Below, piece by piece: positions 58,456 to 64,000 of a stretch of 64,000 bases of DNA. The translations under genes were made by a program, and so were the position numbers. The notes beneath the pieces were generated by a model that had not been told where the DNA came from, did not search any database, and saw nothing but the letters and a program-made list of their open reading frames with translations. Source of the stretch: an uncultured Gammaproteobacteria bacterium. Lineage in GTDB: Bacteria; Patescibacteriota; Patescibacteriia; UBA1558; GWA2-36-10. The first letter of the stretch is position 1. Every line of letters begins with the position of its first letter. The stretch covers positions 16,243 through 80,242 of the forward strand of contig CAZRZA010000001.1 in assembly GCA_964604515.1 (NCBI GenBank), in the 5' to 3' direction.

Positions 58456-59178
58456 ATGAATAAAAATAATATTATTATTCCTCTTGAAATAAATGGAGAG
58501 GGGCTCAGTATTGGTATAAAAGACATAAGCAAAGTATCTTCTTATAGAACTGGCGACTTAGTGATGAAAAAGGGTAAGTTTATTAAAAATATCCTGATAC
58601 TTACTGAGGGGGTGGCTCAATATGTTATGAAAATAAAAAAGAAAGAGGTTGGCTTAAGAGCGCTTTTTTCACCCTGTATTATCAATGACATTAGTTTTAT
58701 ATTAAATAATAAAAAAAAGAAGAAAATAAGAAAAAGTGTTAGGATGCTTACTCCTGGTAAAGTTTTCTATATCAACTCGGAGTCTTTAATATCAAGGGAC
58801 AAAGACTTTAATGCTGTTTCATCGATGGTTTTACTTCAACATTTAATAAAATTAAGAAGAGATGCGTTTGATACTATAGAAACAATATATGATTCTGATG
58901 AAAAAAAGATAGGAGGATTTTTGCTACTATTATCCAAAAAAAGAGGGACAACAGTTAATCATAGTGAAAAATGGAAAAAAGTAAAAATTAATATTCCTAT
59001 AACTGAGGAAGTATTATCAAAAATATTAAATATACCGGAAACATCTGTATATAAAATATTAATAAATCTTGAAAAAGGAGGTTACTTAAAAAGGTCGGGT
59101 AATAGCTGTACATTATTATATTATTCAAGGTGGAATTTTCTTTTCCGCGATGACTACCAAAAAGCTCTATCTATATAA
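58456..59178 (+). CDS. Divergent Crp/Fnr family transcriptional regulator (start revised to 58456)
   Basis: cNMP-binding-like YRTGDLV..KG....LILTEG and C-terminal HTH ITEEVLSKILNIPETSVYKILINLEKGGYL. Confidence 0.75.
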   Translation: MNKNNIIIPLEINGEGLSIGIKDISKVSSYRTGDLVMKKGKFIKNILILTEGVAQYVMKIKKKEVGLRALFSPCIINDISFILNNKKKKKIRKSVRMLTPGKVFYINSESLISRDKDFNAVSSMVLLQHLIKLRRDAFDTIETIYDSDEKKIGGFLLLLSKKRGTTVNHSEKWKKVKINIPITEEVLSKILNIPETSVYKILINLEKGGYLKRSGNSCTLLYYSRWNFLFRDDYQKALSI

Positions 59179-59196
59179 GATGGGGCTTTTTTATTT

Positions 59197-59415
59197 AAAA
59201 AGAAAAGGCGAGAAACATATCTTTCCTTTTGTTTATCTAATACTAATCTCCCTATAATAAACAAAAATAAATTCTCGCCTTTTAATTGACATATTAAATA
59301 TGTCAATAAAATTTTGAGAGACACGACTTCTCCTCTAATTATAATAAAATAACATTATAATTATCGTATCTCTCATTGTGAAAGAACAGTATTAGCAATT
59401 AATATAATTACTAAT
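59197..59415 (-). ncRNA. Candidate boxA-like-led multi-hairpin small RNA (~200 nt)
   Basis: Promoter TTGACA..TGGTATATT; GTTCTTTCACAA; stems tgagagatacga/tcgtgtctctca, attgacatat/atatgtcaat, aaaaggcgagaa/ttctcgcctttt + T-run. Confidence 0.55.
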
Positions 59416-59520
59416 ATTAATAATATACCATAATAATAATCTTTTGTCAATGAAATATCTATTTTACTAACTAGATATCATTATGCTATACTTTTATTAT
59501 AATAATTAACCTATAAAACT

Positions 59521-61029
59521 ATGAGTGAAAGACATCATTGGCCAAGTAAATGGATTTTTATATTGGCCGCTATTGGTTCCGCAGCTGGTTTAGGTAATTT
59601 ATGGAGATTTCCTTATTTAGCTTATGAACATGGTGGTGGTACCTTTTTATTAGTTATTCTTTTAGCTAATTTAATTGTTGGTATTCCCCTTCTTTTAGCT
59701 GAAGTAGCTATTGGACAAAAAATGCAAAAAGCTGCTCCTGATGCTTTAGAAAAAATACAAAAAGGTTTTCGTTATATTGGTTGGACTATGGTCACCTTTG
59801 GCTTCTTTGTTGTTAGTTACTATGTCTCTGTTATGGCTTGGGGACTAGATTATATAGTAGGCTCTTTTTCTTTGCCTACTTGGGCCGCTAATACTAAAGG
59901 ATATTTCTTTGAAAATATCTTACAATTATCTGAAGGACCAGGTGTTATGGGTGGTTTTTCTTGGCCTGTCTTAATTGGCGCCTTAGTAGCTTGGGTTGCT
60001 ATTTACTTTTCAATTTGGAAAGGTGTTAAAAGTGTTAGTAAAGTTGTCGTTTGGACGGCTACTTTACCTTTCTTATTCTTAGCTATCTTAATTATTAGGG
60101 CCGTAACTTTAGATGGCTCTGCTGCTGGTTTACAACTATTCTTTGTTCCTGATTGGAGTGCTTTAGGTAATAAAGAATTATGGTTAGCAGCATTCTCACA
60201 AGTTTTCTTTAGTCTCTCTGTTGCCTTTGGTATTATGATGGCTTATGGTAGTTATCAACCGAAAAGATCAGAATTAACAAAAAGTATTGTTTATATAACT
60301 ATTGGTAATTTCTTAGTTTCCTTTATGTCTGGTATTGTTGTTTTTGGCACTTTAGGTTATATGGCTTTACAACAAGGTGTTGGTGTTGCTGATGTCTTTA
60401 CCGGTGGTCCTGGTTTAGCTTTTATAGTATTCCCTCAAGCAATATCCCTCTTACCTTCTTTCTCTGTCTTATTTGCTATTCTTTTCTTTGCTATGTTCTT
60501 CCTTTTAGCTTTAGACAGTGCTTTTTCATTAATAGAGGGTTTATCAGCTCCTTTCCGTGATCGTTATCCTAGTCTTTCTACTAAAAAGATTTCCTTTTAT
60601 GTTTGTTTAGCCTCTTTCTTGGCTGGTTTATTATATACTACTAAAGCTGGTTTATATTATTTAGATATTACAGATCATTTCTTAGTTAATTACGGCATTA
60701 CTATCATGGGCTTCCTCTTATCTATTATTGTTGGCTGGATTTGGAAAGGTGATGATTTAAAAAACTTTATTAATGAACACTCTGATTGGAAAGTAGGTTC
60801 TTTATGGAGCCTAGCTTTAAAGTTTGTTATTCCTCTTTTCTTAATAGTTCTTTTCTTTATTAATTTTACTACTGAATTTAAAGCACCCTATGAAGGTTAT
60901 CCTGTTTGGTCTTTATTAGTATTTGGTTTAGGACCATTAATATTGGCTCCAATTATTGCTGTTATATTGGATAAATTAACTAGTAAAAAAGAAGATAGCT
61001 CTTCTGAAGACTTTCCTTCTGACTTTTAA
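59521..61029 (+). CDS. Sodium-dependent transporter, NSS/SNF family
   Basis: FILAAIGSAAGLGNLWRFPY...GGGTF, QVFFSLS, GGPGLAFIVFP, LDSAFS. Confidence 0.96.
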   Translation: MSERHHWPSKWIFILAAIGSAAGLGNLWRFPYLAYEHGGGTFLLVILLANLIVGIPLLLAEVAIGQKMQKAAPDALEKIQKGFRYIGWTMVTFGFFVVSYYVSVMAWGLDYIVGSFSLPTWAANTKGYFFENILQLSEGPGVMGGFSWPVLIGALVAWVAIYFSIWKGVKSVSKVVVWTATLPFLFLAILIIRAVTLDGSAAGLQLFFVPDWSALGNKELWLAAFSQVFFSLSVAFGIMMAYGSYQPKRSELTKSIVYITIGNFLVSFMSGIVVFGTLGYMALQQGVGVADVFTGGPGLAFIVFPQAISLLPSFSVLFAILFFAMFFLLALDSAFSLIEGLSAPFRDRYPSLSTKKISFYVCLASFLAGLLYTTKAGLYYLDITDHFLVNYGITIMGFLLSIIVGWIWKGDDLKNFINEHSDWKVGSLWSLALKFVIPLFLIVLFFINFTTEFKAPYEGYPVWSLLVFGLGPLILAPIIAVILDKLTSKKEDSSSEDFPSDF

Positions 61030-61048
61030 TAAATACTATTGCGTATAT

Positions 61049-61077
61049 AAAAAACACCTTTTTAAAAGGTGTTTTTT
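61049..61077. terminator. Bidirectional intrinsic terminator
   Basis: aaaaaacacctttt/aaaaggtgtttttt between convergent genes. Confidence 0.8.
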
Positions 61078-61094
61078 ATTCTTAAACTATTTTA

Positions 61095-61571
61095 CTATTC
61101 TTGCCAGTAAACACTTGAACCATGCTCACTTAAAGAATAAACATTAAAAGTACCTGCTTTAGCTCCAGACATACCAGGAGATCCCAGGGGCATCCCTGCT
61201 AAAGCTATGCCTTTAATATCTGGCTGTTCTTCTAATAGCTTATCAATGGCTGCAAATGGTACATGTCCTTCAACAACATAATCGCCAAAAACTGAAGTAT
61301 GACATGATTCCATATTACTGGGTATTCCGTATTCTTCTTTAATACTAGCCATATTATTTGTTTCTACAACATCAACAGCATAGCCATCTTCTTCTAATAA
61401 AGAAATGTAATTAGCGCAACAACCACAAGAGGGTGATTTATAAACAGTTACTTTTTGCTGAGAACTATTTATCTCTTCTTCAAAAGTTATTTCTTCTGGT
61501 ATAGAAGAAGTATTTAAATAAATAATTGTCATTACTATAACCGCTAAGGCTAATAAATTTATTTTTTTCAT
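61095..61571 (-). CDS. DUF411 (CopG-like) metal-binding protein
   Basis: VYKSPSCGCC, SCHT...YVVEGHVP, GMPLGSPGM. Confidence 0.92.
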   Translation of the reverse strand: MKKINLLALAVIVMTIIYLNTSSIPEEITFEEEINSSQQKVTVYKSPSCGCCANYISLLEEDGYAVDVVETNNMASIKEEYGIPSNMESCHTSVFGDYVVEGHVPFAAIDKLLEEQPDIKGIALAGMPLGSPGMSGAKAGTFNVYSLSEHGSSVYWQE

Positions 61572-61589
61572 AAATATATTATTTAATTC

Positions 61590-62123
61590 TTATTTACCAT
61601 TTTTACAAAGTGAAGGATTAGAAATCTTATCAAGAAAAATATGAATTGAGAAAAGTAATAAAATTATACCTAAAAAAGCAAACTCTAAACCCCTAAAAGG
61701 TAATATACTTAAAAATCCTATCGTAGCTGAAAAGCCAAAAATAGAGGTCAATATTACTGACCCACAAGCAGCACAACCAAATCCTAAAATACCAAAAATA
61801 CTACCTGCTAAACCAGTCCCTAAAGATCTCTCTTTTTTAATTCTTCTTTTAAGGTAAAAAACTAATAAAGCAAAATTTAAACCACTTAATATTGCTAAAA
61901 TTAATAGTAAGAATCGAGATATTAGCGTAGAATTATAAATAAAAAAATCAAATACAATTCCTGGTATTTTAAATAAATTACCTTGTGCTAATAATTTTAC
62001 TAAATTATAACTAGGAATAATAGTAGCTATTACAAAAAATAATAAAGTAATAAAAAAAGCTAAAATTATATACTTATAATCTCTAAAAACTAATTTAAAT
62101 GCTTTAAAGCTTTCTTTAATCAT
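61590..62123 (-). CDS. Membrane protein with intramembrane GCAACG motif
   Basis: About 4 TM segments; GILGFGCAACGS...LPFRGLE; C-terminal Cys. Confidence 0.75.
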   Translation of the reverse strand: MIKESFKAFKLVFRDYKYIILAFFITLLFFVIATIIPSYNLVKLLAQGNLFKIPGIVFDFFIYNSTLISRFLLLILAILSGLNFALLVFYLKRRIKKERSLGTGLAGSIFGILGFGCAACGSVILTSIFGFSATIGFLSILPFRGLEFAFLGIILLLFSIHIFLDKISNPSLCKNGK

Positions 62124-62129
62124 CTTTGA

Positions 62130-62882
62130 TTATAACAAAGGATCAAGCATCTCTTTTATTCTTTCAAATGGTAAGGCACCTGGGATAACAATTTCTTGAT
62201 CACCCTTTATAATAACACTATAAGGAGTTCCTTTTGCTCCCGCTGCTTGTCCTTGAGCCATATGATCTTTAACTTTATCATTATACTTACCAGAGTCTAA
62301 GCATTCTTGAAATTGATTAATATTTAAATTAATGTCTTCAGCAATATCAGTTAACTGACTGTCTTCTAATCTATTATTAGCTGGTGTAATTTCAAACAAT
62401 CTATCTAGATACGCCCAGAAAGTATCATTACCACCTTGATCTCCAGCGCATTCTGTTGCCTCCGATTCTCGAACAGCCTTAGAGTGTAAAGCGGTTAAAG
62501 GAAAATGTCGATAAACCCAGTTTACTTGTCCCTGATAATTATCTACTACTTGATTCATAGTATCATGAAATCTCTTACAAAAAGGACATTCTGTATCTGA
62601 GAATTCAATAATACTTATCGCTGCATTTCTATCTCCCTTTACCCAGTCTTCATCGCTAAGACCCCCTATATTTATGTCTGTTGCTACTACCGGTGAAGGA
62701 GCGATGGCCTTGGGAGCATTATTATCATTACCCTTAATGCTAAGGGGACTATCTTTTTCATCATTAACAATGATACCCAAGAGAACAAAGAAGCCAATAA
62801 TAAAAGCTACGGCTAAACCACTAACTATTCCTGTCTTAAAAGCTCCTTTCGGGCTTAAATTATTTATTAAATTTTTTTCCAT
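62130..62882 (-). CDS. DsbA family thiol-disulfide oxidoreductase
   Basis: IIEFSDTECPFCKRFH, VYRHFPL, GTP, GALP. Confidence 0.92.
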   Translation of the reverse strand: MEKNLINNLSPKGAFKTGIVSGLAVAFIIGFFVLLGIIVNDEKDSPLSIKGNDNNAPKAIAPSPVVATDINIGGLSDEDWVKGDRNAAISIIEFSDTECPFCKRFHDTMNQVVDNYQGQVNWVYRHFPLTALHSKAVRESEATECAGDQGGNDTFWAYLDRLFEITPANNRLEDSQLTDIAEDINLNINQFQECLDSGKYNDKVKDHMAQGQAAGAKGTPYSVIIKGDQEIVIPGALPFERIKEMLDPLL

Positions 62883-62939
62883 ATAATTTGTTTAATTCTT
62901 AAATAAAAAACACTCATAAACTAAAAGTTAAAATAAAAA

Positions 62940-63323
62940 CTAATATACTTTAGGATGTAATATTCCTTTTTTAAATAAAATAATAAAATAATAAAATAAC
63001 TTAGACCTTTTCCACCTATTATACCTTTTTAAATACTTACTAAATATTCTACTATATTCTTTATTATCTCTAATATAAAAACAAATAAACACTACCATTG
63101 CTAGTGCTTGTAATATATTATTAGTTTCTAGAATAAAAGGAATATTATGAGAATTACTTCCAAAAATATAAGCATCTTCGCAACAGGGAGCCATTTTACT
63201 AGCATGACTATTTCCTGCTTCTATAGCAAAACTCTGTAAAGCAAAGATACAACTAAAAATAGTTGTTAATAAAAAACCAAATATTACTATACTAGTAATT
63301 ATATTTTGTTTTCCTTTTTTCAT
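62940..63323 (-). CDS. Hypothetical membrane protein with H..MAPCC motif
   Basis: Two TM segments, HASKMAPCCE, C-terminal GILHPKVY; upstream of DsbA. Confidence 0.6.
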   Translation of the reverse strand: MKKGKQNIITSIVIFGFLLTTIFSCIFALQSFAIEAGNSHASKMAPCCEDAYIFGSNSHNIPFILETNNILQALAMVVFICFYIRDNKEYSRIFSKYLKRYNRWKRSKLFYYFIILFKKGILHPKVY

Positions 63324-63368
63324 CTCTATATGATATCATAAAATTATAAATTATTAAAGAATAAAAAT

Positions 63369-63815
63369 ATGAAAATTATTTCTCCTGCCTTTAAAAATAA
63401 TACTCTCCTAGCTAGTAAATATACTTGTGACGGTGAAGATATTAACCCTCCTTTGGAATTTCAGGATATTCCTGAGAACACAAAGAGTCTAGTCTTGATC
63501 ATGGATGATCCTGATGCCATAAAACCAGCAGGTAAAGTTTGGGATCATTGGTTAGTTTTTAATATTCCTCCTGAAACTAAGAAAATAGAAGAAAATAAAG
63601 AACCAGAAGGCATTCATGGCCTAGGAACAAGTGATAATTTAGACTATCATGGTCCTTGTCCTCCTGATGGTCAGCATAGATACTTCTTTAAATTATATGC
63701 TTTAGATATTAAATTAAATTTAAATGAAGGTATTACTAAAAAAGAAATAGAAATAGCCTTAAAAGATAATATTATAGAACAAGCAGAATTAATTGGTTTA
63801 TATCAAAAAAAATAG
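63369..63815 (+). CDS. YbhB/YbcL (PEBP/Raf kinase inhibitor-like) protein
   Basis: KYTCDGEDINPPL, MDDPDA, WDHWLVFNI, GPCPPDGQHRYFF. Confidence 0.95.
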   Translation: MKIISPAFKNNTLLASKYTCDGEDINPPLEFQDIPENTKSLVLIMDDPDAIKPAGKVWDHWLVFNIPPETKKIEENKEPEGIHGLGTSDNLDYHGPCPPDGQHRYFFKLYALDIKLNLNEGITKKEIEIALKDNIIEQAELIGLYQKK

Positions 63816-63895
63816 TTTATTGATAAAATATAAAAAACATGTTATTAATTAATTATTAATCAATAAGGATTAATAGTACATTAAAAAGGAGAGAC

Positions 63896-64000
63896 ATGAA
63901 AAATACAAAAACTATAATTAATGGTATAAAGTATTTACCTCATCATAATGGCAATGGTTTAGTAGCAGAAACAGCTTCAGTAGCTGATATATGTTATATA
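63896..64000 (+). CDS. Partial ORF, possible left-handed beta-helix (hexapeptide repeat) protein
   Basis: MKNTKTIINGIKYLPHHNGNGLVAETASVADICYI; AGGAG SD and boxA-like motif upstream. Confidence 0.5.
   Translation, partial: MKNTKTIINGIKYLPHHNGNGLVAETASVADICYI

Noticed and set aside
2215-62886. Numerous opposite-strand or nested ORFs in the track (e.g. 2215-2418, 5465-5878, 6522-6974, 27835-28233, 28493-28771, 31717-32160, 34978-35400, 52332-52904, 53160-53615, 57824-58078)
   Set aside because: Shadow frames of well-supported genes, with Ser/Leu/Ile/Phe-biased composition and no motifs or start signals.
1-64000. CRISPR array, rRNA, IS elements, alternative genetic code
   Set aside because: No regularly spaced direct repeats, rRNA-like sequence or transposase seen; long conserved genes translate fully in the standard code and TGA ends plausible ORFs (36054, 50436).

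Overview
Very AT-rich bacterial chromosomal segment read in the standard genetic code (TGA is used as stop). Gene content points to a Patescibacteria/CPR genome of the Parcubacteria-ABY1 type; this is inferred from a PrgI/TraC-like/VirB6-like T4SS-related cluster, a giant Cys-rich surface protein, a pilin-LamG fusion, paired DHH genes and the absence of biosynthetic pathways. Housekeeping genes include efp, rpsR, ssb, rpsF, rsmA, tsaC, leuS, nrnA, rbfA, infB, rny, ymdB, hup, lspA, a dksA-like gene, pnp, rpsO and tRNA-Ile(GAT). No CRISPR array, rRNA or intact mobile element was seen. The main unexplained signal is a recurring class of about 13 self-contained transcription units, typically a TTGAC/TTGAT promoter, a boxA-like GT(T/A)C(T/A)TT(A/T/C)A motif, then either an AGGAG-led, mostly orphan ORF or a hairpin-rich non-coding RNA, and a terminator; most core genes lack this grammar. 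Other highlights are several candidate structured ncRNAs, a missed 29-aa bS22/AURKAIP1-like ORF, chimeric surface proteins with apparently foreign modules, a DsbA-CxxC membrane protein-DUF411 operon, and a degenerate tyrosine recombinase. All assignments are by eye; no searches were run.
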